A DNA stretch of 63,123 bases, the filler included, from Conidiobolus incongruus B7586 (Eukaryota), in NCBI GenBank assembly GCA_000697335.1. It is 14 parts of 14 records of this genome, joined end to end, with 100 filler letters (N's around TTAATTAATTAA, not from the genome) between each part and the next. Parts side by side here need not be neighbours in the genome. Positions count along the whole stretch, not along the records: positions 1 to 5,022 come from JNEM01000406.1; positions 5,123 to 10,300 come from JNEM01000407.1; positions 10,401 to 14,921 come from JNEM01000408.1; 11 more parts are not named here. The stretch is one strand, 5' to 3'. The notes beneath the pieces were generated by a model. The model ran no database searches. It saw only the letters and a program-made list of their open reading frames with translations, and was not told where the DNA came from. A program made the position numbers and the translations under genes. How positions within the stretch are numbered: the stretch's first letter is position 1; every line of letters begins with the position of its first letter. Positions 1 to 13,215 of the stretch are shown here, in pieces.

Positions 1-1736
1 ATTAAATTTTAATTATATTACTTAAGAAAATTTATATATTATTAATATAATAAAAAATTAATAAAATTAATTTTTATTTTTTATTAAATTAATTAAATCA
101 AACTAATATTAAAATTCCCAAAATATAATATTTAATTATTATTTAATTAATTTTATAATAAAAACCTTAATATCTGATAGATTTTTCTTATTTTCTAATT
201 TTATTATTATAATAATTAATAATCTATTATATAAACTTTATTAATATTCAAATTATAAACCAAACTGAAGATTTTTCAGTATTCTATACTATGACATTTT
301 TATCAACAAATTATAAAGTTTGGCATTGTTTATTTTTATTATATATAATTTAAAATTAAATTTTATATAATTGGTTCCTTAATATATTAAAAGATTTAAT
401 AATGATTTTAATTATTCTATTAATAGGTATTATTAATATATAGTATAAAGAATAAAATAATTTGAGGTATTCAGAAATTATTTATTATACAATTATATAA
501 ATAATTAATTATGGGTTTAGATATTGTAGGATAAATGTTAGTTATAATATTTTTGAGTTAAACAACAAATTGATGATAATTAATTCGAAAGAATTACCTA
601 ATTAATGAAATAAAACAATTAGAGTTCAATACAAACCAAAATGTTAACTGATTAAATATATAAAATTTATTATAATTTCCCAACTTGTACAGTTATTTTA
701 TAGAATTGATTCATTATTTGTATATTTATTCTAATATTTTTTTTCTAATTTGAATATATACTACCAATCAAACATATTGTTCGGTTTATTTTTATAATAT
801 TTATCAATGTCTATTAATGATTGAGAAGTTTTAATGATTTCATTAATATAATAAACGCTATAATTTAAATCAATTTGAAAACTAGTTAAAAAAAGATATT
901 ACTTTTAATAGAATGATATATATATATATATAAGAACTGCAGAGTGAGAATATCCTAATATGCTTCAATAATTTAGGAAATAAAGAATTTAATTTATTAA
1001 AACTAATTTTATATATAATTAATTAAATTTAATTAAAAATATTAATATTATAATTTTTTTAATAAAAATTATTTTATAATCAATTGAAATAAAATATAAA
1101 TTAATGTTAATTGTCTCAATATACCTAATTAATAATATTTGATAATAATATTATTGAAAAATTTTAGTTTTTAATTATAAATAAAATATTAAGTAAAAAT
1201 TTTAAACTTATTAATATCAAATATTTTAAATTATTTTAAATGGGATTCAAATATGAGTAATATAATATTGTGGATTATTATTGGCTAATAATTAGGCTTT
1301 GCTATTATATTAAATTTTGTTATGGTAAAAAAGTATTAAGCAAGAATTAAAATATAAATCATCAAATTCGAACATCCTACAATTGAAATTAAGTGAAAAA
1401 TTAAATAAATATTCTTGATAATAATATTTAAATTTTAGTGATTCTTGTTTATTTTTATAATTTCTTAGGAAAAATTTTAGTTGAACAATTAAAAATATTT
1501 CTTAAATATTTCTAATAATTTTGCTGTGCTGTTTGCATTATAATCATCAGTAAGAATTATTCAGTCATTCCATACAAGGGATTCAATTGGCCAATTAGAA
1601 GGGTTCTAATTCGCAACCAATTCCAGAATAGGTTAAATCAGAGAGTCAAAAGTTTCAGAAGTGATTGAAACCAGATTAAAATGGATATTAATCCCAATTG
1701 AGCATTTAAAATTATTGGGATAGTTTCATCCAAGAG

Positions 1737-2692
1737 TTAAACTATTGAGGAATTACCATATTGATAATCACGAGAAGGTACTCGAATTGGATGCGTGAAA
1801 ACGGTGCGAATTGGGTGGGTTGTGGCGGTTTCCGCTTCAGTAGGAGTGACTGTAAGATGCTGTGCAAAGTCATTGTAGCTAAGAGTCTGGTCCAGGATAG
1901 AATTTTCTAACTGTGGCTGTGAGCTGGTACCAATTAAAGTGGGATCAGCTTGGATGGGTGCGCTAGGGTAATCTAACCTTTTAAACCCAGCTTTTGTAGC
2001 AGGTGTTAATGTAGCCATATTGGCCCTGTAATTTGACATCCTTTGGGAGATAGATCCAGTTGGCGAGGTATCATGCTGGTGATGGTTGTGATGATTTGAT
2101 GAGCTCGAATAATAGTTGGACTGACTATCTGACCTATATTCCCTAAAATTCTTCCAATTGTTTCTAACATCCTCCATCAAAGAAATACTAGGGAAAAAGC
2201 TCAATATAACAAATGACAGACCCACAACTATTACATAATATGTCACACCAGCGTTAAACGAATTGAGACGATAAATCATAAACCCAAATCTAATACCAAG
2301 TTAGTACATCTTTAAATTGATTTCAATTTAAACTTACAGCAAAAATAAGAGTCCTCTACCCAAAAAAGTACATAAAAATTTCAAATAGTCAAAAACCAAG
2401 TTACTTAAATAAAACTCTGAAGTTATTAACAACAAACACAGTGCACTAAACTCAAAATTAGTTCAAATTCGATTTCACTAAAATTAACTTACCAAGCGAA
2501 AGAATTGATTCCAATAATATTGATATCATCCTTATTTTCCATTTCAAAACTTACATATCTTACCAAATTGATTATAGAGGTAATACCAACAATAAGGTAT
2601 ACAGATATATTCACAACATTTAATAGTAATTTGTATGTGTATCCATTTTTAAAAATTTTTAGGATGGTTGACATAAGTGAAATAAAATGCAA
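1737..2692 (-). CDS. Tvp15/COPI-associated-domain-like membrane protein with a disordered Ser/His/Thr-rich C-terminal tail; 3 exons (2692-2493, 2445-2338, 2289-1737)
   Basis: Two GTAAG...TAG introns (47 and 48 nt) join ORFs 2489-2692 and 1737-2279 in frame via a middle exon encoding CALCLLLITSEFYLSNLVFDYLKFLCTFLGRGLLFL. This matches the FL..f.GRG motif of the COPI_assoc/Tvp15 family. About 4 hydrophobic segments. Confidence 0.7.
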
Positions 2693-4327
2693 GGTTAGTA
2701 TATGAAAGAATGATTAATGATAACGAAAATGATTAATAAAATGATAAATTCATAAAAAAATTATTTTTAAAATGACTTGAAAATGATCAAAAAGAAAAAG
2801 AAAAATGATTTAATCAATTTGTGAATTGATCAAATTAATTTATCAATTTGATTTCGGATTTAAAGTTAACCCAATTTGTTAAGATTTGAATCGTGAAATA
2901 TTTAAAGTTTCATAAAAATTGGTATACTTTTAAAACTATGATTTAAACTAAATGAAGTTTAGAGTAGTTGAATATTTTTAATTGACGCCTCTAATTTATT
3001 TAGATTGATTATTATTGTCAGTTGAAAATTTTTTAAAGTTTGAATTAAATTAGTTTTGAAGTTATATTCGACTAAAAACTTTGGAAATATTATTTACCAT
3101 TATCTAATTATATTCTAAAATTTATCAATTATTTTATTACTAGTTCAGTAAAATTGTTCCTTGAAAATTATATTCTATAAAAGATCTATTGAAAATTCCA
3201 GTAATAAATCATACCATCCAATTAGATTCATATAACTCTCATTATAATTAATCCTATCTCGTTTCATTCTAATCAAATTTTCTGGAACACCTCTGACCAA
3301 TCAATAAACTTCAAAAAATATAACTTTGATTTTTAATTCTTCAGATCCTTAATATATTTCACTTTAGTTTTTTATATTATATACTCATTGAATATATTAT
3401 ATATACAAGGTTATATAAACCTTTGGTATATTTACTAAGCTCTCAACTTATATTACTATCAACCTAATACAAGTTATTGACAGTATTTCCAACAGCGGAG
3501 AAAACCCGCTACCTTAATCATTAGTTCCAGAAAACCCATTACATAGTTTAAATAGTCAATAATAACAATGTATTATCACTTTAAATTAATAAGTTATTTT
3601 TGAATATATTATATTTATTATATACTTCTGTTGAAAATGGTTAATGCGTTTTACTATCATTATATTCTTCAATTTCTTAAAATGACACCTTATTTGATTA
3701 GTGTAAATATTAACATGAAAAGCTTAAGTCACAATAAATTTACTTTTTCATTTTTTATCAAAAGTTTATTTTATTACAGCCAAGAGTTCAAGGCAGTGTA
3801 AAAGATAAAGAGCTTTAAAATATTCTGATAACTTTTTAAACCAAATATTTACTAAAAATATTCTTATTTTTCATGTTACATATAAAATGAAATATATAAA
3901 GTTAATTAACTACTCAAAGTAATTTTAATTTATAATTGAATAAATAGCTGTGGAATTTATTGACTGTTGAAATCAAGTTGATAATTTTAATATAACTGGT
4001 TAGTAAAAATAATTGATTCATTATCAGACTATTTATAATAGGAATTTTCAACGAAATGTATGATTTGATAGTTTCAATATATAGTTTTGATTTTTATAGC
4101 AAGTAATATTGATAGATATTATTTAATATAATAAAATCAATATGAATAATGTAAATATAAAAACTATTTGATTTAATTTATAAGATCAATCAATATACCT
4201 GAATTAATTTTTTCGCAAGTTCTGTAAATTGATGTGAATTATATATTTACATAATTTCAATTGAACATTATTATTTAAAGTCTATTTTGTTATAATCAAA
4301 AATAAAAATATAATTTACATGAATATT

Positions 4328-4600
4328 GTGAGATCCCAGAGTGCTATCATTGACAACATTTCCAATCTCAGGTTTCTATTCTATAAGGAAGCTTTACCTT
4401 AATTAACCATTACTTGCGACATATGTTGTTATATTGCAAGTAACCATTACTCATTGAAAAACTATCAATCCCTAACAGCTTCTCTATATAAGGAACAGTC
4501 TTAAAGACTAAATCCAATATCTTTCATTACTTAACTAATTATTATTTCAAACTCCATTTTATCCAACAAATCCTCAAATAAACTTACCTATTATTAGGCA
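4328..4600 (+). mobile_element. Degenerate dispersed repeat, copy 1; possible 3' Cys/His-rich end of a non-LTR retrotransposon ORF
   Basis: Aligns by eye with 21020-21215 (shared GGTTTCTATTCTATAAGG, TTGCGACA, GACTAAATCCAAT). The + frame reads VRSQSAIIDNISNLRFLFYKEALP*LTITCDICCYIASNHYSL, with synonymous differences between the copies. Confidence 0.5.
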
Positions 4601-5022
4601 AAAATAATAGCTATTGTCCCTCATATTATACCATCCATAATACCGATAAAGAAACTAGAATAGAATTACATAAAGTCCCTCTTTTTATGTGAAATTATTT
4701 GATAACTAAACTGTAAAATGTGATTGCATGATAAAAAGTTATATAAAATTAAAATATAACTCCAGATTTTGAGTAATAATACTTATTATACCAAGACTAA
4801 ATAAAATCTATAATCTATAATTTATTATCATTATTCTATTAATTAAATACCATATTTAATTATTATTTTTCCCTAAATTATATTATTTTAAAACCTATAA
4901 AAATAAATTAGTTATGAAAATTAATTATTATAATTATACTTAATAATTATATTTATTTTAAATTTATAAGTTATTAATTTTTTTTGAATTAATAATCAAT
5001 AAAAAATTATTTAAATTAATTA

Positions 5023-5122
5023 NNNNNNNNNNNNNNNNNNNNNNNNNNNNNNNNNNNNNNNNNNNNTTAATTAATTAANNNNNNNNNNNNNNNNNNNNNN
5101 NNNNNNNNNNNNNNNNNNNNNN
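5023..5122. other. Artificial contig linker N44-TTAATTAATTAA-N44 (first of 13; others at 10301-10400, 14922-15021, 20170-20269, 25427-25526, 29945-30044, 34337-34436, 38651-38750, 43382-43481, 47690-47789, 52962-53061, 57085-57184, 61168-61267)
   Basis: Identical 100-nt structure each time. The 12-mer puts stop codons in all six frames. Confidence 0.98.
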
Positions 5123-6527
5123 AATATTTAATTAATTTAAAATTTTACATATTGAAAGAAAATGGTAATTATATTAAATTTAAGTTTACCTATTATTAAA
5201 ACTTAAATACCTATAATTTAATTTGGTTGGATTATATATTCAAATATTTCCATCAATAATTTAACCAATATAATTAAGTATAGCTTGTTATTAATTATAA
5301 ATATAGCTATATTTAATATTTTTATATAATCTTATCTAATTAAATATCAATTTAGTAATTATCAAAAATATATATAATTTTGATTTAATGACCATTATTA
5401 TAAACTAATATAAATTTTATAATAAAAAAACATATAATCTAAATTATTATACTAATTAATATATCAATTTTGAAATAATAAAATAGCAATTATAATAATA
5501 TTAAATTTAATTAAATTATTTGAGAAAATAAAATTATATTAAAATAAATCCATTAAATGATATTTATTATTATTTTTGATAAGTTTATATTTTAAATTTA
5601 AATTTTAAAAACAAATAATATTAAAATTCCATTTAAATAGCTATAATACAAAGGTTTAAAAAATTAAAAAAATTGAATTTTCTTAAATATGTCATGATTA
5701 TTTTTAATTTTATATTCATCCATTTTTTTATTTTAAGTATTTATTATTAATGAATCAGATATTATTTTATAAATTATCTCCTAATAAAATATATAATTCG
5801 TTTCAAAATTATCAATATATCATCAACAATAATAATATTATTAATATACAAATATATGTATATATGTATATTATTAACAATAATATCAGTTTTATTCCTA
5901 AATATTGATTGATAATATTATTAGATATATGAAATTTTTCATCTCCAACTCGTATTGAATTTTTAAGTTCAGTTTTCCCAAATTTGAATTTTTAATAGTT
6001 TTAATAATATTAATATCTCTTCTTAATATAAAATTAATTATGAATTTAATTTTTTTAATATTAAAACTATAAAAGAGAAATTAATTTTAATTTGAAATCT
6101 TTATTAATATTACCAACTAAATCATGTTATCAAGGACCTTCATTATTAAAGTAACTGATTTATTTATATTAATTGATTTTTTGGAATATATTATTATTAA
6201 TTATGTCTTTTATTAAAAAATAAACAAAAAATTGTTTAATTTAAAAAATAATAAATTTTTTTGAAATAAATATTATTTATATTATTAACTAAAAAATAGG
6301 ATATTTTATATTAACAAATTTAAAAATATAATTCTCTGATAATGTATTAAATAATTAAATATTATAAATAATATTTATAAGTAAAATTAAGAGCAAGAAA
6401 ATAAAGGAGAATATTTATTAGGAAAATTTGAATAGTTTATAGATTTTAAACTTATCAAACGATGGCTAATAAAGTAAAATTTATAGAATATGAATAGCTT
6501 CTGGGATAAGGGGCTAAAAAGCGCCTT

Positions 6528-7034
6528 TCAGTTGTTATTGTTAATGACAAAGTTATTGGGGTCGTTATTAGGGTAGTTATTGTTGTTGACGATTTTACCA
6601 TTGCTGATGTAATTGTTATTAATAATTTCATCAACATTGTCATTGAAGTCATTATTATTGGTGATAGTGCCACCAGCGTTGTTATTGTTGTTATTGTTGT
6701 TTACAATTTTACAATTGTGGATGTAATTGTCGTTATTATTGATGATAGTGCCATTATCGTTGTTATTGTTGACAATTTTACAATTGCGGATGTAATTGTC
6801 GTTATTATTGGTGATAGTGCCACCAGCGTTGTTATTGTTGTTGGTAATTTTACCATTGTGGATGTAATTGTCACCGACAATGCTATCAACAGCTTTACCA
6901 CCAAGGGGACCATAGAAGTTGCCGAAAGCGCTACGATCAATAGGAGTATCAGCTTTTTTGGATTCGAATTCAACAGGCTTTGAGAGACCAGCACTGAATA
7001 AAGCAGCAGTAATAATAATGTTGAAGATCTTCAT
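6528..7034 (-). CDS. Secreted Asn-rich tandem-repeat protein (168 aa)
   Basis: Signal-peptide-like MKIFNIIITAALFSAGLS, repeats of about 21-27 aa (NYI[H/R/S]N[G/C]KI[T/V]NNNN...GTI[T/I]NNND), and a local GC rise over background. Confidence 0.8.
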   Translation of the reverse strand: MKIFNIIITAALFSAGLSKPVEFESKKADTPIDRSAFGNFYGPLGGKAVDSIVGDNYIHNGKITNNNNNAGGTITNNNDNYIRNCKIVNNNNDNGTIINNNDNYIHNCKIVNNNNNNNNAGGTITNNNDFNDNVDEIINNNYISNGKIVNNNNYPNNDPNNFVINNNN

Positions 7035-10000
7035 AATTTCTGATGTTAATTTGAATTGTTATAAATCTTATTGTACTTAATAAATTTGCTATAATTCAAA
7101 TGCTCTATTTATATTACTCACCAAAACATATTGGTGCTTAAATATGTAATTAAATTTGATATCGTTTGTACTAGGTATATACATTATAAAAATTGGAAAT
7201 ATGATTAATATTTAAAAATAACTTGGAAATACCACCATCTTGCGTTATTGGCAAACATTTTAAAATTATACTTGAATAGCACGTAAAAATCTTAATTTTG
7301 TTACATTTGATAAAAATTTATCAATTATCAAATTTTAGATTTAATAATATCACATATTAATAATGATGTAATAATTATATTTTTTAATGTGAAATTACTC
7401 ATCCTAGTATATAGAATAATTAGTTTAAACCCAAGATTATAATCTCTTATATACAATATATAGTACCAATATTATCAATCTTTGTATAAACTTTGATAGT
7501 AAATGTTTGAGGTATACCCTCTTAATTTTTGTGAAAGTTATAATAAATCATTCTGATTTTTGAAATTTAATCTTTTAAATATATTAAAATAAAGATTGAT
7601 ATATAAATTTTGATCTAGTTAAGGAAATATAATAAATTAGGAATTTACATTTTTTAATATTAATGATCATTGGATGATTTAAAAATGAACTTGAGTAAAA
7701 TTTGATATATAGGCAAGGATTTTAATAATAGAATTATTTATATCCTCAAATAATACTTTAAAATTACATTCGTGATATAGTATATATTATATTATTTATT
7801 TCTAATCAATATAGTCGTTAATAGAATAAATATTTCACTTGAAGTATAAAATCATTAAAGTAATTTCCAATAATAACATTCTTTAAGCTATGTAACATAT
7901 TAGAATATTATTGCAAAATTAATCCTTATTAAGGTAATTGTAAATTTAAAAGACGCCAAACATTTTATCCTTCAAAAGTCACTTTTCAATAATTGGGCTT
8001 AAACTTTATCCTTTTAATTTCTCAAATTCATTATAAAATGATTAGAATAATTTTCAAATAGTCTAACTTGTTAATTTTAAATATTATCATAAATATTTTC
8101 GCTTGATTGATTTGAAAATCAATGTATAATTTTGTTGTTTTTCATATTTTTGATATCACAGAATTCAAGATTTGGTATTATTTTTAGAATGTAAAGATTA
8201 ATCTTGATATTTTTTAATTGTATCTTAATATAAAATCTAATTTGATTTGTCAAATTGGTACATGATTATAATTTAAAGTCATAAATAAGAATTTTTTTAA
8301 TATATTACTAAACTTAGTTAATAACAATCAAATTTTAATGCAAGATATTAAGAACCATTGTATTTTGCATGAATCTATCGCCTTAACATTATCCATATTT
8401 AGCATCCATAATTTTTATTTTGGTGATAGATCAATATTGAAATAAATTAGATTGCACAAAACATAATATTTAATGAATCAAAATTTAATTATATGATATT
8501 AATGAAAAATATAATTAGTTGACATTGAATAAGGATAGTGAAATGAAATGTTTCTATATTCTAAGGCTTGTACAATTCTAATTACATTGTGGTATTTTAC
8601 TAGTTTTATTCTGATACTTTATAATTTCAAATTTTAAGTTCGATATTTTATAAAATTAGAAAATATATCTGACGATTAACTATTCTTTTACGATTTTTAA
8701 ATTTAAAATTATCATTCAGTTTAATTATAAAATATTCGATATTAAATGAATTTCATTTATAATAATAAATATTATATTGAAATATTTTGAATTTATGTTA
8801 AATTTTCTAATAATAATACTCAGTTAGTTAATCATAATATATTGATAAGAATATATTTTGTTTTTGTAAAAATTACATAAGATTAATTTATTCAGTTTTA
8901 CTCTTTAAATTATATATTTTGGATAAATTGATTTTTCCAAATTTCTTATAAAGGCTAAAGATATTTATTTTATATTCAAACAAAATATCTTGAATAATAT
9001 TTTTATACTTATTAGTTTTAGCTTTATTATAGTTAAAATCATTATTTTTAATTAAAAAATCTATAATTATATATTAATATAAATTAACCTTGAAAATATT
9101 TTTTTAAAAAATTCTATTCACTATTTTAATTTCGTTAATCTTAATTTATATTCCGTTTTGTAAAATTCATAAATTTTATTTAATAAATTAATATTTATAT
9201 ACTATTTAAACTCAATAAATAATAATAAAGATGTATTATAATGATTTAGAAGATTTATTTTCCATATTTTACTATGTTATTTAATTTACTATTTTATGAA
9301 ATCATTATGATAATTAAATAAATGATTTTATATCTAATAAATATATAAAATAATTAATAATATAAAAAAACTAATTATTAATTATTAGTAGAGTCAATAT
9401 TATAAATAAATATTAAATATTTATATTATTTTAATTCCTAATTAAAATATAAAAGCTTAAAATCAATTTTGATATTATTATGATTTTAAAAAATTTTCAT
9501 TAAATTTTCATATTTATTGACTTTTTATATAAAATCCTGGTTGGAAGAGATTTTGCATATTATTAAACTCTGAGTTACCTTGATTTTCTATATTTGATAG
9601 TTAAAATAGAGTAAAGTTTTATTAGTCTTAAAATTAATTATTCAAAAAAAACTATTAGAATTAATAACCAACAAAGAATTGTTTATTGAAATTGATAAGC
9701 AAATCTAATATATTGTCATAAGCTGGAGGACTTGTTTATCCTTAACAATTCAATTTATTTAAGAACCCCATTATAGATCCACTTGCAATATGACCACAAA
9801 CTATACCTAACAATGCAATCAATTATTCCATTTAATATATGCCTTGTATATTCAGAAGATATATCAAATAAATTATAAATATGTTAATTATAACCAAGTC
9901 ATCATATTAATTGTCTTCCTTGGGTATAGCCTAATAATCTAGGTTAAATAATACATTACACTTTCTATATCACCAAATAAAATCTATCCCAGAAAACAAC

Positions 10001-12708
10001 TATTTACTTAAGAGTAATTGGATATTTGACTTTCTAGCCAATGTCAATATCTTTAGAGAAATATCAATTCTTTTATTATTTTAATAATAAATTCTTTTAA
10101 TTCCCGAAATAAATTTAAACAAATAAATCCTTAATAATAAATTAGTAAAATAATTGATTAATTGAATTTTCCAATAATAACTTTATAATATTTATATAAT
10201 ATAAACAAAAATTAATTAAATATTGATATTTAATATAATTAATTTATTATATTAATAAAAAACTTATTTAAAATCATATATATTATAATTTAATAAATTA
10301 NNNNNNNNNNNNNNNNNNNNNNNNNNNNNNNNNNNNNNNNNNNNTTAATTAATTAANNNNNNNNNNNNNNNNNNNNNNNNNNNNNNNNNNNNNNNNNNNN
10401 CTTAATTAATATAATATAAGTTATTTATTCAAAAATATTTATTAATAATTATAAGAATAATTTATTTATTAAAATAATAGATCTTTAAATAATTTATATT
10501 TATTTTAATAAAATGATTATATAGTTTAATTTCAATAGCCCTTTGATATTATTATAAACATATATATAGATTATAAAAATCATTAATAATTATGTGAATA
10601 TTAAACAAGCTATATATTATTAAATTTTTAAATATTCTGCCTTAAATGAAATTCCAATTTATTTATGATTCAATAATTTTGAGATTAAATTTAAAATAAA
10701 TTAAAATAAATAAAGAAATTATAATTGATATAAGATTTTACCATAACAAGAAATAATATAATTGGTTTATTACAAATTTTTCTTTTAAATTAATATTTTT
10801 GAAAATAAAAGTAAATATTATATATCCTGGATTATGTTATAGCCTCTGTATCATAATACTGTCTTAAAATTAATATTCAAAATTAAAATGATTTTAAATA
10901 TTCAAAAATAGATTATATTTTATATTTTCCAAATTAAAAAATATTATGAAAATTTTGACACCTCGTATAATAGGCTTAATTATGTAAAATTGGATGCTAT
11001 TATTAATATACATAAAATATGTCATTAATAATATTATTAAATTTGACTATCAAAAAACCTATTTTATTAAAACTTTGAATAGATTAATTACCAAATATCA
11101 AAAATTGCTTAGTGACCAATAGAAAATAAAAAAAATATTATTTCCAATTTATGTTATCAAAAGGCTTTAGGGATCATATCTCAATAATGAGATCCATTGA
11201 GGACAGTTAAAGTTTGTTTTTAAATCTCATATTATTTATCTATAGTAGCCTATATACCAAGTGTTCTTAAATATAACAATACCTCGTAAATAGGAACTAA
11301 ACAATAGTCGATATGTTATAAAATTTCAAAGCATGATAAGATATAATTAGCTTAAAATTCAAAAATAGAATATGATTTAATTAATGATATTGATAATTTA
11401 TTGTAAAATCAATTTTATTTCAATTTGATTGCCAGTAAACAAAGAAATAGTCAAATAACTGAGGCTTGGATTAACTATTAAATATTAAAATTTTGGTGGT
11501 TAAATGTATTCGAAATAATAATCTTAATATTATCAAATTTTTTGAAATACATAGTACATCTTGAAGTTTCCTATATTGAGCAAATGCTATTAGGTTATTT
11601 ATAATAATTATAACCAAAAATTATTTATTATTTATTAATATTTAATAGTATACATATCAAGGGTTTAAAAATCAGGATATTTTGTACCTAGTGCAGAATT
11701 AATAATTTTTAATTTTTTTAAAATGTTGATTTCAAAATAATTTTAAAGCTTATTCCTAAAAAACATTCAAATAATAAGATTTAAATTGTTCACATGAAAT
11801 ATATGAAATAATAAATCTAAATATCAAAACATTTGTTAATTAGACAAATAGTTATATTTAATATTTGATATAGTATTATATTAAATAAATCAAATATATT
11901 TTTTCAAAGCTCTATATAATGTTATTTATTGGTATTAATCTTATTCTGTTGATTCTAAATAATGTCTTATATTGGAAAACGATAAATATTTTCAAATACT
12001 GTTAAATGATTAAAATATAAATTTGTATAAATATTAGTCAATGATGAAAAATTTTATAATGAGTTTCAGATATAGGCTTTATTATATATAAAAGATGCAA
12101 AATTTTTTGAATATTGAAAAAAAATAAAAAATTTGATTTGATTTTGAAAATTTGAAATTTAATTCAATTCAATGACAAAGTTGAGGTTAGAAATAAGTTA
12201 CCTCCTAATTTGAAAAATTATGACCTGTTCCAAAATATACATATTCCTATTTAATCTTAATAAAAACCATTGTTTAATCAATTTTATATTATCAATATCA
12301 ATAAATTTGTTATCAAAATAAAATATTAAAATAATTTTGAATTATCATTCAATTCAAGCTTAATTTTTAAATTTTAAAGAATTTCTTTAGTGACGTCAGC
12401 CTTTCAACTCCTCTGAATTTTTTGGGTTAAAAAATAAATATTTTGAATTTAATCATATACTATTACATATTAAATAATTTAATTATTCTGCTCATTAGTC
12501 TACATTAGTCAAAATACCAATAGTTGATCTAATCTTAAAATTTCTTAATGATATAATATTGATTGTGAAGAAAAACAATATATCGCGCAGTCACCAATAC
12601 AGACCCGGCACTTTTCGATGATATCATCAACACGTCATTAGCTGAATAATTTAATGGTGAATTGAGTTAATATTAAAATTTTAACTTTTATTTTTGATTA
12701 TTATTAAC

Positions 12709-13215
12709 ATGTCAACTGTAAGTTTAAACTTTAATAGCTATAATTAATTCTGTTAATATAATTAATGTTTTAAATAGACTTTTACTTTAGATCAAGAGCA
12801 AGTAGACTTGATTAAATCCGTCTTTAGTCAATTTGATACCAATGGAGATGGCCATATAGACCAATCTGAAATCGGAAATATGTTACAAGCTTTAGGACGT
12901 CCAGTGAATGAGGAAGAAGTCAACAAAATGTTCAATGAGAGTGATTTCAACCAAGATGGCAAAATTACTTATGATGAATTTCTCAAAGTTGCTAGTCAAC
13001 AAATTTTCAACAAGGGTCAACAAAATAATGACCAGCTCTTCGAACAATTAGATTCAGATAATGATGGGTTTGTCACTTTAGAAGAGTTTACTAAATTTTA
13101 CACTAGCTTTGGAGACTATAGTGATGAAGATGCCAAATCCAAATTTAAAGAATATGACGAAAATAACGATGGAAAAATTACTAAAACTGAATTTAAGGCC
13201 ATATTAGGAGAATAG
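12709..13215 (+). CDS. Calmodulin-like 4-EF-hand protein (148 aa); exons 12709-12717 and 12778-13215
   Basis: ATG TCA ACT|GTAAGT...TAG|ACT TTT splices in frame. Four canonical loops: DTNGDGHIDQSE, DFNQDGKITYDE, DSDNDGFVTLEE, DENNDGKITKTE. Too divergent to be canonical calmodulin. Confidence 0.9.

Noticed and set aside
6455..6994. Alternative-frame and antisense ORFs over the Asn-rich gene
   Set aside because: Shadows of the AAC/AAT repeat coding sequence.
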